DNA from: Candidatus Binatia bacterium
GTDB lineage: Bacteria > Desulfobacterota > Binatia > UBA9968 > JAJDTQ01
Direction: 5' to 3'
Length of the DNA stretch: 64,000 nucleotides
Assembly (NCBI GenBank): GCA_963666515.2
Contig: OY762897.2
Coordinates: 2,208,001 to 2,272,000, forward strand
The notes beneath the pieces were generated by a model. It ran no database searches. It was not told the DNA's origin and saw only the letters and a program-made list of their open reading frames with translations. Of the stretch, positions 9,740 to 19,363 are shown piece by piece. The translations under genes were made by a program, and so were the position numbers. Positions within the stretch are counted from its first letter, which is position 1; each line of letters begins with the position of its first letter.

Positions 9740-9767
9740 CTGGATTCCGGCTTTCGCCGGAATGACG
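9740..9767. repeat. Palindromic repeat family A, second copy
   Basis: Identical to 5386-5413; lies between convergent genes. Confidence 0.85.
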
Positions 9768-9820
9768 ATAGAGGTGTCGGCGCTATTCCGGGTGGAGGGG
9801 CCACCTTCGGAACGAGGCGG

Positions 9821-11164
9821 CTATCGGGGCATGCAGCAGCGCTTGTACTTTCGGCCGCTGCCGCAGGGACAGGGCTGGTTGCGGCCCACTTCCGGCCGGT
9901 CGGCGGCGTCCGCCTCGCGCACCAGCCGCATGACCTTCTCGATGGGCTCGCCGGCCTGCCACAGGCCGGCCATGGTGCTCAGGTGCTCGCGGCTGTGGAT
10001 GAAGAACTTCTTGTATCCGGCGCAGAGGTAGTTGAGCCCGTCCTCGCCGTCCGGGGTCTTGATGAAGCGGTCCTTGGGGCAGCCGCCGTTGCACTGGGCG
10101 CGCACCTCGCACTCGCGGCAGTAGCGCGGCAGCGTGGTCCACTTGTCGCGGCCGAACTTCCGCTGGGCGTCGCTGTCGATCATGCGCGCCAGGGAAGTGT
10201 CGCGGAAGTTGCCGAGGCGGTACTCCGGGTCCACGTAGTGGTCGCAGGAGTAGAAGTCGCCGTTGTGCTCCACCACCGGCACGTCGCCGCAGGTCTCCCG
10301 GAAGATGCACAGGGCGTGCTCGATGCCCAGGCCGGTGCGGGCCGCCTCGTCGAAGATCTGGATGGTGACCCGGCCCACGTCGTTGCGGATCCACTCGTCG
10401 AAGATGGCGCACAGGAAGGCGCCGAAGGCCTCCGCGGGCACGCTGCGGGGGCTTACCGCCGGCGCCGATGACCGCGCCGCGGTGACCGCGGCAGGCGCGC
10501 TGGCGGGGCTCGCCGCAGCAACGCCGGGCAACCGCTCCACCAGCGGGATGAACTGCTGGTGGTCGGCGCCGAGGCTCTTGAAGTAGCGGTAGACCGTGGT
10601 GGGGTGGCCGACGTTGCCGGCGTGCACCACGCACAGCACGTCGCAGGGCACCTTGTGGGCCTTGAGCCGCCTGAACGCCTGCACCACCTTGCGGTGGGTG
10701 GGCTGCTGCCCCTTGGTGACGCGGTACTCGTCGTGGAGCTTCTCGGGACCGTCGATGCTGAGGCCGATGGAGAAGCCTTCCTCGGCGAAGAACCGGCACC
10801 ACTCGTCGTCGAGCAGCACGCCGTTGGTCTGCATGCCGTTGCGGACCTTGCGACCCGGCGGGCAGTGCTTGCGCTGGAGCGCGACCACCTCCCGGAAGTA
10901 GTCGAGGCCCAGGATGGTGGGCTCGCCGCCGTGCCAGGCGAAGTCGATGACGGGGTCCGGGCATGCCTGGATGTGCTGGGAGACGTAGTCCTCCAGCACG
11001 TCGCGTTCCATGCGGAAGGACTTCGTCTCGGGGTAGAGGTCTTCCTTCTGGAGGTAGTAGCAGTAGACGCAGTCCAGATTGCAGATGGCCCCGGTAGGCT
11101 TGGCCATGATCTGGAAGCCGCGGGAGGCGGGCGGCGAAACGGGCTTGATCAGTTCGGGTGGCAT
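9821..11164 (-). CDS. Anaerobic sulfatase maturase (radical SAM/SPASM) with C-terminal SEC-C motif
   Basis: KPTGAICNLDCVYCYY, WHGGEP, QTNG, SIDGP, YSCDHYV, CRECEV..CNGGCPK, GRNQPCPCGSGRKYKRCC. Confidence 0.93.
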   Translation of the reverse strand: MPPELIKPVSPPASRGFQIMAKPTGAICNLDCVYCYYLQKEDLYPETKSFRMERDVLEDYVSQHIQACPDPVIDFAWHGGEPTILGLDYFREVVALQRKHCPPGRKVRNGMQTNGVLLDDEWCRFFAEEGFSIGLSIDGPEKLHDEYRVTKGQQPTHRKVVQAFRRLKAHKVPCDVLCVVHAGNVGHPTTVYRYFKSLGADHQQFIPLVERLPGVAAASPASAPAAVTAARSSAPAVSPRSVPAEAFGAFLCAIFDEWIRNDVGRVTIQIFDEAARTGLGIEHALCIFRETCGDVPVVEHNGDFYSCDHYVDPEYRLGNFRDTSLARMIDSDAQRKFGRDKWTTLPRYCRECEVRAQCNGGCPKDRFIKTPDGEDGLNYLCAGYKKFFIHSREHLSTMAGLWQAGEPIEKVMRLVREADAADRPEVGRNQPCPCGSGRKYKRCCMPR

Positions 11165-11181
11165 TCAGAATAGTGCCAAAG

Positions 11182-11285
11182 GTCCTTCGACTTCGCCTGT
11201 CCTGAGCCTGTCGAAGGGCTCAGGACGAACGGAAATGGTTACAACAACCGTTCGTCCTGAGCGTAGCGGAGCGAAGTCGAAGGAC
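11182..11285. repeat. Palindromic repeat family B inverted doublet (GTCCTTCGACTTCGC...CTCAGGACGAACGG) with a nested unit
   Basis: Left and right arms are reverse complements; related copies at 40849-40886 and 61911-61950. Confidence 0.85.
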
Positions 11286-11293
11286 GCCGCCGC

Positions 11294-12154
11294 TTAGTTC
11301 ATGTTGAAGAACTTCCTGGCGTTGTCCAGCATGATCTTCTGGCGTACCTCGGGTTTAAGTTGGATCTTGGCGAAGTCGTCCAGCCAGCGCTCCACGCCGA
11401 TGGCCGGCCAGTCGGAGCCGAACATGGCCTTGTCCTGGAGGATCGAGTTCACCTGCTGCACGAGCTCGGCGGCGAAGTACTTGGGCGACCAGCCCGACAG
11501 GTCGATGTAGAAGTTGCTCTTGTGACGGGCGATGGCGAGGCTCTCCGCGGTCCACGGCCACGACGGGTGGGCGCAGATGATCTTCAGTTCGGGGAAATCC
11601 GCGGCCACGTCGTCCAGGTGGATGGGCTGGGTGAACTTGAGCTTGTTGCCCATGCCGCCGGGGGTGCCGGCGCCGGCGCCGGCCATGCCGCTGTGGAACA
11701 GGATCGGCAGCTCCAGCTTCTGGCATTCCTCCCACAGGGGATAGAAGCGGGTGTCGTTGGGAAAGAACTGCTGCCGGGCCGGGTTGATCTCGCCCACGCC
11801 GTGCAGCCCCATGTCCTTGATGCGCTGGATCTCCTGCAACGCCACCTTCTGCTGCCACGGGTCGATGACGCCGAAGCCCATGAAGACGTCGGAGTTGCGC
11901 TGGACGCCGTCGGCCACGTGCTGGTTGGGGACCGGGGTCAACCCCGTGATGGTTTCATCGGTGGTGTTCTGGATCACGGCCATCATGTTGCGCGCGCGGT
12001 ACTCGTCGGCCATCTCGTCGATGGACACGGGCTTGCGTTCCCGCTTGAAGTACTGGGCCATCTGCTTCGGGCGGTCGCCCTTGGAGCTGAGGGTCAGCTC
12101 GTCGCAAAGGTGTACGTGCACGTCAATCGCAATCGGGTCCGTAATCGGGTCCAT
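11294..12154 (-). CDS. Amidohydrolase_2, CouO-like (4-hydroxyphenyl-beta-ketoacyl-CoA hydrolase family)
   Basis: IDVHVH, DDVAADFPELKIICAHPSWPW, YIDLSGWSPKYF, FGSDWP; ATG 12154 with AAGGAGG RBS. The CouO resemblance is recalled, not searched. Confidence 0.8.
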   Translation of the reverse strand: MDPITDPIAIDVHVHLCDELTLSSKGDRPKQMAQYFKRERKPVSIDEMADEYRARNMMAVIQNTTDETITGLTPVPNQHVADGVQRNSDVFMGFGVIDPWQQKVALQEIQRIKDMGLHGVGEINPARQQFFPNDTRFYPLWEECQKLELPILFHSGMAGAGAGTPGGMGNKLKFTQPIHLDDVAADFPELKIICAHPSWPWTAESLAIARHKSNFYIDLSGWSPKYFAAELVQQVNSILQDKAMFGSDWPAIGVERWLDDFAKIQLKPEVRQKIMLDNARKFFNMN

Positions 12155-12266
12155 ACTGTCGATCCTCCTTGGGGTTTGGTCGAATGTCGGCGGCAGCCTG
12201 CGGCTGCCCGAAAACTGCCTACTAGCTAACACGATACGTGCTGGCTGACCAGCGCAGGCGCCCGCC

Positions 12267-12752
12267 CTACGTCTCCCAGGGCGCCGAGGTCAGCGCGTTG
12301 AGGGCCTTGTCGAGCATCTGCCGCATGAACTCGGAATTGCTGCCCTCATTCAACTCGTAGCGGACGCCGGTGACGATGGTGACGCCCTGCTCCTGGTCCT
12401 CCAGGACCGTGTGAAGCTCCACCTGGAACAGCGCGAAGGGGGTGTCGTCGAGCCGCTCGCGCGTCCGCGTGGCGTTGCCCTTGAGGTAGTAGTTCAGGCC
12501 GTGGTCGGTGACCACCAGGGTCAGGGCGCCGGTGCGCACGAGGTTCCGTTCCGTGGTGCTGTTCTTGCCCACGGCCAGGTGGATGCGTCCCGGGCTCTTG
12601 GCCACCAGCTCGTAGTAGGATCCCATGGCCGGGTGGCACCAGCCGTTCTCGTCCACCGTGGCCATGATGAAGACCTTGCCGGCCTCGACGGCCTTGCCGC
12701 TCATCAGCGCGAACAGGTCGTCCGGCATCTCGCTTCCGAGTAGTCTCGACAC
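12267..12752 (-). CDS. FMN split-barrel (PNPOx-like) protein, possible prFMN maturation factor
   Basis: ATVDENGWCHPAM, STTERNL; GTG start with AGGAGG; lies in the ubiX operon. Confidence 0.72.
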   Translation of the reverse strand: MSRLLGSEMPDDLFALMSGKAVEAGKVFIMATVDENGWCHPAMGSYYELVAKSPGRIHLAVGKNSTTERNLVRTGALTLVVTDHGLNYYLKGNATRTRERLDDTPFALFQVELHTVLEDQEQGVTIVTGVRYELNEGSNSEFMRQMLDKALNALTSAPWET

Positions 12753-12782
12753 GAAACGATCCTCCTGATCTTGTTGCAGGAC

Positions 12783-13262
12783 TCAGCGAGCGGCCGCACC
12801 CAAGTCGAGTTCCTGGCGCTTGCCGAACCCCTGCTGGTTGTCGATGTAGTACAGCGTTTCGGGAATCACCCGGTAGAACTTCACCTTGAGAAACGCCCGG
12901 TGGTAGACCCCGCTCGAAGGATCGGTAAACAGCTTGATGACGCCGGGGTACTTGCGCGCGTAGACCGCCATGGCCTTGGCCTTGGCGACCACCGAGTCGA
13001 CGAGTTCCACGGTCCCCTCTAGCTGGATGCCCTTGATCTCGCGCCAGTCCTTGTAGTCCTCCTGCACGGTCACCGCCACCCGAGAGTTGCCCGCCAGGTT
13101 GGTGCAGTGGCGCGAGTCCGGCGCGGAGAAGAAGTAGAGCTGCAACCCGTCGCTGGCGTAGAACACCGTGGCGTTCCATGGCACACCGTCCGCGCAGGTG
13201 CCCAGGGTCATGGTGTTGTGGGTCCGGAGGTAGTCGAGGACCTGTTCCTCAAGATCAGCCAA
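12783..13262 (-). CDS. PNPOx-like FMN-binding protein (YhbP/UPF0306-like)
   Basis: HNTMTLGT, PWNATVFY, SRHCTNL, WREIKGIQLEG, GFGKR; TTG start at 13262 behind AAGGAG. Confidence 0.82.
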   Translation of the reverse strand: MADLEEQVLDYLRTHNTMTLGTCADGVPWNATVFYASDGLQLYFFSAPDSRHCTNLAGNSRVAVTVQEDYKDWREIKGIQLEGTVELVDSVVAKAKAMAVYARKYPGVIKLFTDPSSGVYHRAFLKVKFYRVIPETLYYIDNQQGFGKRQELDLGAAAR

Positions 13263-13267
13263 ACAAA

Positions 13268-13861
13268 CTACTCCTTGTCTCCGGGATAGCGGCTGAGGGA
13301 CTCCTCGTCCCAACGGTGGAACATGTCGGTCTCGATCTCGAACTGGTCCAGGATGCGGGCCACGGTCTGGTTGATGACGTCGTCCAGGGTCTTGGGACGG
13401 TGATAGAAGGCGGGCACGGGTGGAAAGATCACCGCGCCCATGCGGGTGAGCTGCGCCATGCTCTCCAGGTGGCCCAGGTGAAGGGGGGTCTCGCGGGCCA
13501 CCAGCACGAGCTTCTTCCGCTCCTTCAAGATCACGTCCGAGGCGCGCACCAGCAGGTCGCCTCCCACCGACAGCACGATGCCGCCCATGGACTTCATGGA
13601 GCACGGCGCGATGACCATACCGGCGGTGCGGAAGGAGCCGCTGGCGATGCTGGCGCCGATGTTGTTGATGTCGTGCACCACGTCCGCCAGCCCCTCCACT
13701 TCCTTCACCGAGTGCGGCGTCTCCACCTGGACCGTCATCTTGGCGGCCTTGCTCATGACCAGGTGGGTCTCGACGTCCTCGATCCGCGCCAGGACCTGCA
13801 GGATGCGGATCCCGTAGATGGATCCGGTGGCTCCCGACATGCCTACGATGAGACGGCGCAT
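13268..13861 (-). CDS. ubiX: Flavin prenyltransferase
   Basis: GMSGATGSIYG, ASIASGS, APCSMKS, RETPL, PPVPAFYHRP. Confidence 0.95.
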   Translation of the reverse strand: MRRLIVGMSGATGSIYGIRILQVLARIEDVETHLVMSKAAKMTVQVETPHSVKEVEGLADVVHDINNIGASIASGSFRTAGMVIAPCSMKSMGGIVLSVGGDLLVRASDVILKERKKLVLVARETPLHLGHLESMAQLTRMGAVIFPPVPAFYHRPKTLDDVINQTVARILDQFEIETDMFHRWDEESLSRYPGDKE

Positions 13862-13954
13862 ACTGACTTACCTCCTGCAGCGACGCTGTTTCCGGTCATG
13901 GTCCTGCCGGGCGAGCCGCGTCCCGCGCGGCCCCGGCACTCTGTCCCGACGGGG

Positions 13955-14380
13955 CTAACCGTCGAATACCACGGTCAACTCGTCCCCGTCCCGCACCGCG
14001 TGGGTCTGCTTCAACGAAACCGCGGCGATGATCTCCAGCTTGTCCGCGGGGTATTCCTCCACCTCGGGCACCACCACCGCCACCCGCTCCCGCGCTCCCG
14101 CGCCGGACTCCCATCCTTGAACGAAGCCCGTCAGCAGGAAGGCGTTGCAGAAAGCCGGATCCGGCGACGGCAGGACGATCTTGCCGGCGTGTCGCCGGAC
14201 CTGCTCCCACCGGGTCAGGTCGGCGCCGTTCGCCCGAAGGTTCAGTGTGCCGGGATAGGGATCGAAGCCCACACGCTCTCTGACGGCCTCCCGCACCCAG
14301 TCGATGCCCACGAACGCTCCGGCCCGGCCCAGGTCCGAGAACACCACCCCTTTCACCTGACTGCCGCGGGAACCGCTCAC
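13955..14380 (-). CDS. Archaeal-type CTP-dependent riboflavin kinase (DUF120 family)
   Basis: KGVVFSDLGRAGAFV, GFDPYPGTLNL, KLEIIAAVSLK, DGDEL; GTG start overlaps the xdhC stop (GTGA). Confidence 0.8.
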   Translation of the reverse strand: MSGSRGSQVKGVVFSDLGRAGAFVGIDWVREAVRERVGFDPYPGTLNLRANGADLTRWEQVRRHAGKIVLPSPDPAFCNAFLLTGFVQGWESGAGARERVAVVVPEVEEYPADKLEIIAAVSLKQTHAVRDGDELTVVFDG

Positions 14381-15150
14381 CGCTTTTGGGAAAGCGACTG
14401 CGCCTTGCCGCCGCGCCGGACCTTGATGATCTCGCCCAGGATGCCCAGCGCGATCTCCTCCGGGGTCTCGGTGGCGATGTCGAGCCCTATGGGAGCGTAC
14501 ACCCGTGAGATCAACTCCTCGGAGACGTGCTCCTCTTCCTTGAAGCGCTCGAAGCACGCCTTGATGCGCCGCTTGCTGCCGATCATGCCGATGTACTTGG
14601 CCGGCCGGTCCAGCAGCTCGCGCAGGCACGGCTCGTCGTACTTGTGGCCGCGGGTGATGAGCACCACGTAGGTGGTCGGCGTGATGTCCAACGCCTTCAC
14701 GGTCTCGGCCATGTCCCCCACCACTACCTCGTCGGCATCGGGGAACCGCTCGCGGTTGGCGAACAGGATGCGGTCGTCGATGACCACCACGTGGTAGTCC
14801 ATGAGCTTGGCGATCCTGACCAGCGGCACGGCGATGTGCCCGGCGCCGACCACGATGAGCTTGGGCGGCGACGGCATGGCCTCGAAGAAGACGTCCGCCT
14901 GCCCGCCGGAGGCTGTTTCCAGCGACACCAAGCGGGAGCGCTCTTCCGAGAGCCGCTCCGCGGCCTCGCTGAGGAGCGTCCGTTCGAGTTCCGGGTCGTT
15001 CACCTCGCCCAGGACGATGCGGCCGTCCCGGATGAGGCACTTGGCACCGCTGTCGAACCCATCGAGGCCCTCGGACTCCACCACGGTGACGAGCACCGCG
15101 CCCGCGCCCTCACTCTTGATCTTGATCAGCTCTTGAACCAGCGCGTCCAT
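14377..15150 (-). CDS. XdhC/CoxI family molybdenum-hydroxylase maturation factor
   Basis: LIVVGAGHIA, ITRGHKYD, YIGMIGSKRR, APIGLDI..ETPEEIA. Confidence 0.92.
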   Translation of the reverse strand: MDALVQELIKIKSEGAGAVLVTVVESEGLDGFDSGAKCLIRDGRIVLGEVNDPELERTLLSEAAERLSEERSRLVSLETASGGQADVFFEAMPSPPKLIVVGAGHIAVPLVRIAKLMDYHVVVIDDRILFANRERFPDADEVVVGDMAETVKALDITPTTYVVLITRGHKYDEPCLRELLDRPAKYIGMIGSKRRIKACFERFKEEEHVSEELISRVYAPIGLDIATETPEEIALGILGEIIKVRRGGKAQSLSQKR

Positions 15151-15483
15151 TCATCCGTTACCTGCCTGGTCCTTCCACCAGGGGTCGATGAAGACGTTCA
15201 TGATGCCGCCGCACACCGCCGGGCTGTCGGACGAGATGTCGTCCAGCAGGTCCACGCGCACGGTGCGGGGCTTGCGGGTGCGCACCACCTCGATGGCCTC
15301 GCGCCGGACGTCGGCCTCGCCGCAGCCGCCGCCGATGGTGCCGAGGATCTCGCCCCACGCCGTCACCACCATCTTGGCCCCCACCTCCCGGGGCGTCGAG
15401 CCCTTGGTGGAGACGATGGTGGCCACGGCCACGGTCTCGCCCTTGTCGAGGAATTCCTTGACGTCGTCGTAGATGTCTTCCAT
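15151..15483 (-). CDS. XdhC/CoxI N-terminal domain protein (split XdhC)
   Basis: ATIVSTKGSTPREVGAKM, GTIGGGCGE, VCGG. Confidence 0.9.
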   Translation of the reverse strand: MEDIYDDVKEFLDKGETVAVATIVSTKGSTPREVGAKMVVTAWGEILGTIGGGCGEADVRREAIEVVRTRKPRTVRVDLLDDISSDSPAVCGGIMNVFIDPWWKDQAGNG

Positions 15484-15504
15484 CAATGCCTCCTTGCGGC
15501 GCGC

Positions 15505-16725
15505 CTACGCCACCAGCCTGCGCATGGTGTGGCCGAGATGGACCAGGCTGTTGGCGTTGTGGGCCGACAGGAACAGGTCCAGGTACGGCAGCGCCGCCTG
15601 CATGCCCTTGCACAAGGGCTCGTAGTTTTCGCTGGCCAGCAGCGGATTGAGCCAGATCATCTTGCCGCAGCGCCGCTTCAGCGCCTGCATCTGCCGCTCC
15701 AGCACTCCCACGTCGCCCCGGTCCCAGCCGTCGCTGATGATGACCACCACGGTGCGGTGGGTGACCATGCTGACCGCGAAGTCGCGGTTGAAGATCTCCA
15801 GCGAGCGGCCGATGTTGGTGCCGCCGGACCAGCCCAGCACGCTCTTGGAGATCTTCTCCAGGGCGTTGCCGATGTTCTTGGTGCGGATCAGGTGCGTGAT
15901 GCGGCTCAGGGTGGTGCTGAAGACGAAGGTCTCCACCCCCCAAAGCTCGTTCTGCAGCCCGTACATGAACTGGATGAGGAAGCGGCTGTAGCAGTCCATG
16001 GAGCCGCTCACGTCGCACAGCAGCACCACCCGGGTTTTCTTGATGCGCCGCTTGCGCGCCACCAGCTCCACCAGCTCGCCGCCGTACTTGATGTTGCGGC
16101 GCATGGTGCCGCGCGGGTCGATCTCGGTGCCCCGGCGCGCGCGCTTCTTGCGCCGGCTCACCTGGGTGGCGATCTTGGAAGCGATGAGCAGGATGGCCTG
16201 GGTCACGGCCCGGCTCTCCTCGATGCCCATCTCGCTGAAGTCCTTCTCGTTGAGCTGCTCGTTGGGGCTGTAGGTGGGCACCATGAGCGGGTCGGGGTCG
16301 TTGGGGCTGTCGTCGCTGGCGCCCTCCTGCTCGGTCAGGGTCTCCTCCACGGTGCCGTCGCCGTCGTCCGACGAGTCCAGCGCCTCGTCCGGGCTCTGGG
16401 CCGGGACCTCCATGGTCTCGATGCCCTCTTCGATCTCCATGTCGCCCTGCCAGAAGGCCTCGAACACCTGGTCGAACAGCTCGATGTCCTCGTGGTCGTG
16501 GAGCAGGTTGGCGGCCAGCGCCCGGTGGAAGTCCGGGCGGCTCTGGATGTCGATGAGCGGCAGCGAGCGGTTGGCGTCGATGACCTGGCTCAGCCCCAGG
16601 CGGAATCCCAGGTCCTTCAGCACCCGGCCGAACATGAGCATGTTCGCCAGCGTGCCCTGGCCGCGCAGGGGCTTGTAGCGCTCCACCGCGTGGATGATCT
16701 GTTCGTCGGTCAGCTCTCTCGCCAT
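15505..16725 (-). CDS. coxE: VWA domain CoxE-like protein
   Basis: LCDVSGSM MIDAS motif, WSGGTNIG, ISDGWDRG, IWLNPL. Confidence 0.9.
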   Translation of the reverse strand: MARELTDEQIIHAVERYKPLRGQGTLANMLMFGRVLKDLGFRLGLSQVIDANRSLPLIDIQSRPDFHRALAANLLHDHEDIELFDQVFEAFWQGDMEIEEGIETMEVPAQSPDEALDSSDDGDGTVEETLTEQEGASDDSPNDPDPLMVPTYSPNEQLNEKDFSEMGIEESRAVTQAILLIASKIATQVSRRKKRARRGTEIDPRGTMRRNIKYGGELVELVARKRRIKKTRVVLLCDVSGSMDCYSRFLIQFMYGLQNELWGVETFVFSTTLSRITHLIRTKNIGNALEKISKSVLGWSGGTNIGRSLEIFNRDFAVSMVTHRTVVVIISDGWDRGDVGVLERQMQALKRRCGKMIWLNPLLASENYEPLCKGMQAALPYLDLFLSAHNANSLVHLGHTMRRLVA

Positions 16726-16750
16726 GTTGCAGTCCGGCCCGACTACGGAG

Positions 16751-17683
<933 letters not shown>

Positions 17684-17762
17684 GCGTATCCCTTCTTCGC
17701 GGTCGGTCGAGTGATTTTTGATTGCGGTTCGGGCGCGCCGGCGGCCCCACGGCCTGCGGCGG

Positions 17763-18095
17763 CTACTTGTTCTCGGCGAGCTGCCGCTTCCACCCCAGGG
17801 TCCTGGCCTTGGCGCCGACGGCTTCAGCCTCGTCGATCATCCCCTTGCGCTGGTAGAAGATGGAAAGGCTCGTATAGGCCAGCTCATCGTCCGGGCTCAC
17901 CTCGATCAGGCGCTTGCCCACCTCGATGGCCTCGTCCAGGCGGTCGATGTTCGCGTACGCCATCCCCAGGGCGTGCAACGCGTCGGCGTAGTCGGGGTCC
18001 TCGGCCAGAGCCTTCCGGTAAGACTCGATGGCCTCGTCCACCCGGTCGTCGGCGTACGATTCCATGCCCTGGATGTAGTGGTCCTCTTTAGTCAT
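17763..18095 (-). CDS. Small TPR-repeat protein
   Basis: TPR helices EAIESYRKALAEDPDYADALHALG and AYTSLS. Confidence 0.85.
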   Translation of the reverse strand: MTKEDHYIQGMESYADDRVDEAIESYRKALAEDPDYADALHALGMAYANIDRLDEAIEVGKRLIEVSPDDELAYTSLSIFYQRKGMIDEAEAVGAKARTLGWKRQLAENK

Positions 18096-18122
18096 CGGGC
18101 TTCACCCAATGGACCTAATCTG

Positions 18123-18140
18123 TATTACGAAATCGTGATA
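18123..18140. promoter_or_regulatory. Imperfect palindrome, putative operator upstream of the TPR-coxD operon
   Basis: TATTACGA-AA-TCGTGATA (7/8 IR) in an AT-rich divergent intergenic region. Confidence 0.3.
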
Positions 18141-18240
18141 TTCTCAACCGAACGCGGACAGGCTGCCCCGGCCGGTTCTCCCGCGCCGATAACCCGTTGC
18201 GCGGGCACACCCTGAAGCACAAAACCCGGAGGACTTCATC

Positions 18241-19338
18241 ATGGCGGAAGCCGCAACTCTCGACGAAATCAAGGACCGCATCCGCAAACGCGTGGGCAAG
18301 CGCAGCCCCTTCCACCTGATGGACCCGGCGGAAGCTGAAGGCGCGCTCGTCGACCTGACCAGCCTCGAACCCGACGCCTGGGCGGAAGCCTGGAGCAAGG
18401 CCGGTGCGCGCTGGGAAGAGACCGCGAAGGAGGCGGAGGAGAAAGGAAACGCCGATGAGGCCGAGGCCGCCTACTTTCAGGCCGCCGCCTGGTACGGCGC
18501 CGCCCGCCACCCCTTTCCCAGCTCACCCGGCAAGCAGGAAGCCTATCGCAAGACCATCGAGAACTATCTCGCCGCCTCGCGCTACTTCGACCCTCCGCTG
18601 GAGCGCATCGCCCTGCCCCTGCGCGACAAGGAGGTCATCGGCTACCTGCGCCTACCGGCCAAGCGGCCCGCACCCGTCATCATGCACTGGGGCGGCATCG
18701 ACAACTGGAAGGAGGAGCGGCACAGTTTCGTGGAGTCCATGCTGGCTGAGGGCTGGGGCTGCTTCATCATGGACAGCCCAGGCACCGGCGAGTCCCCGGT
18801 GCTCGCCTCCGACACCGCCCACGAGGTCTATACCACGGCGCTGGACCACCTAGTGACGCGGCCGGAGGTGGACGCGGCCCGCATCGCCGCCTTGGGCGCG
18901 AGCTTCGGCGGCTACTGGTCCACCAAGCTGGCCCACGTGGAGCCCGAGCGCCTTCGTGCAGCGGTCAACTGGGGCGGCGGCATCCACGGGTTCTTCCAGC
19001 CCGAGTGGCAGCAACGCTCCCGCAACGCTTCCTCATACCTGTTCGACCTCATCGAGGCCCGCGCCAACCTGTTCGGCAAGAGGACCTTCGACGAGCTTTG
19101 CGAGGTCATGCCCATCCTCTCCCTCAAGGACCAGGGCCTGCTCGACAAGCCCTGCGCGCCCATGCTCCTGGTAAACGGCAAGGACGACCTCCAGGTCCCC
19201 ATCGAGGACTTCTTTATGCTCCTGGAATGCGGCAGCCCCAAGGCCATGCGCCTGTTCCCCGGCGGCCACATGGGCGAGTCGCCGGACGTATTTCCGACGA
19301 TCCTGAGGTGGCTGCACCGAGAGCTGGATGGGGAGTAA
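18241..19338 (+). CDS. Alpha/beta hydrolase, FrsA/DUF1100 or 2,6-dihydroxypseudooxynicotine hydrolase-like
   Basis: GGIDNWKEE, DSPGTGES, GASFGGYW, NGKDD, GGHMG. Confidence 0.85.
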   Translation: MAEAATLDEIKDRIRKRVGKRSPFHLMDPAEAEGALVDLTSLEPDAWAEAWSKAGARWEETAKEAEEKGNADEAEAAYFQAAAWYGAARHPFPSSPGKQEAYRKTIENYLAASRYFDPPLERIALPLRDKEVIGYLRLPAKRPAPVIMHWGGIDNWKEERHSFVESMLAEGWGCFIMDSPGTGESPVLASDTAHEVYTTALDHLVTRPEVDAARIAALGASFGGYWSTKLAHVEPERLRAAVNWGGGIHGFFQPEWQQRSRNASSYLFDLIEARANLFGKRTFDELCEVMPILSLKDQGLLDKPCAPMLLVNGKDDLQVPIEDFFMLLECGSPKAMRLFPGGHMGESPDVFPTILRWLHRELDGE

Positions 19339-19342
19339 GGAG
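19279..19342 (+). repeat. Left copy of 64-bp direct repeat (3' end of hydrolase gene plus GGAG)
   Basis: Aligns without gaps to 23103-23166; 50/64 identical by hand count. Confidence 0.85.
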
Positions 19343-19363
19343 CAGCGGCGCGCCGCGAAGGCC

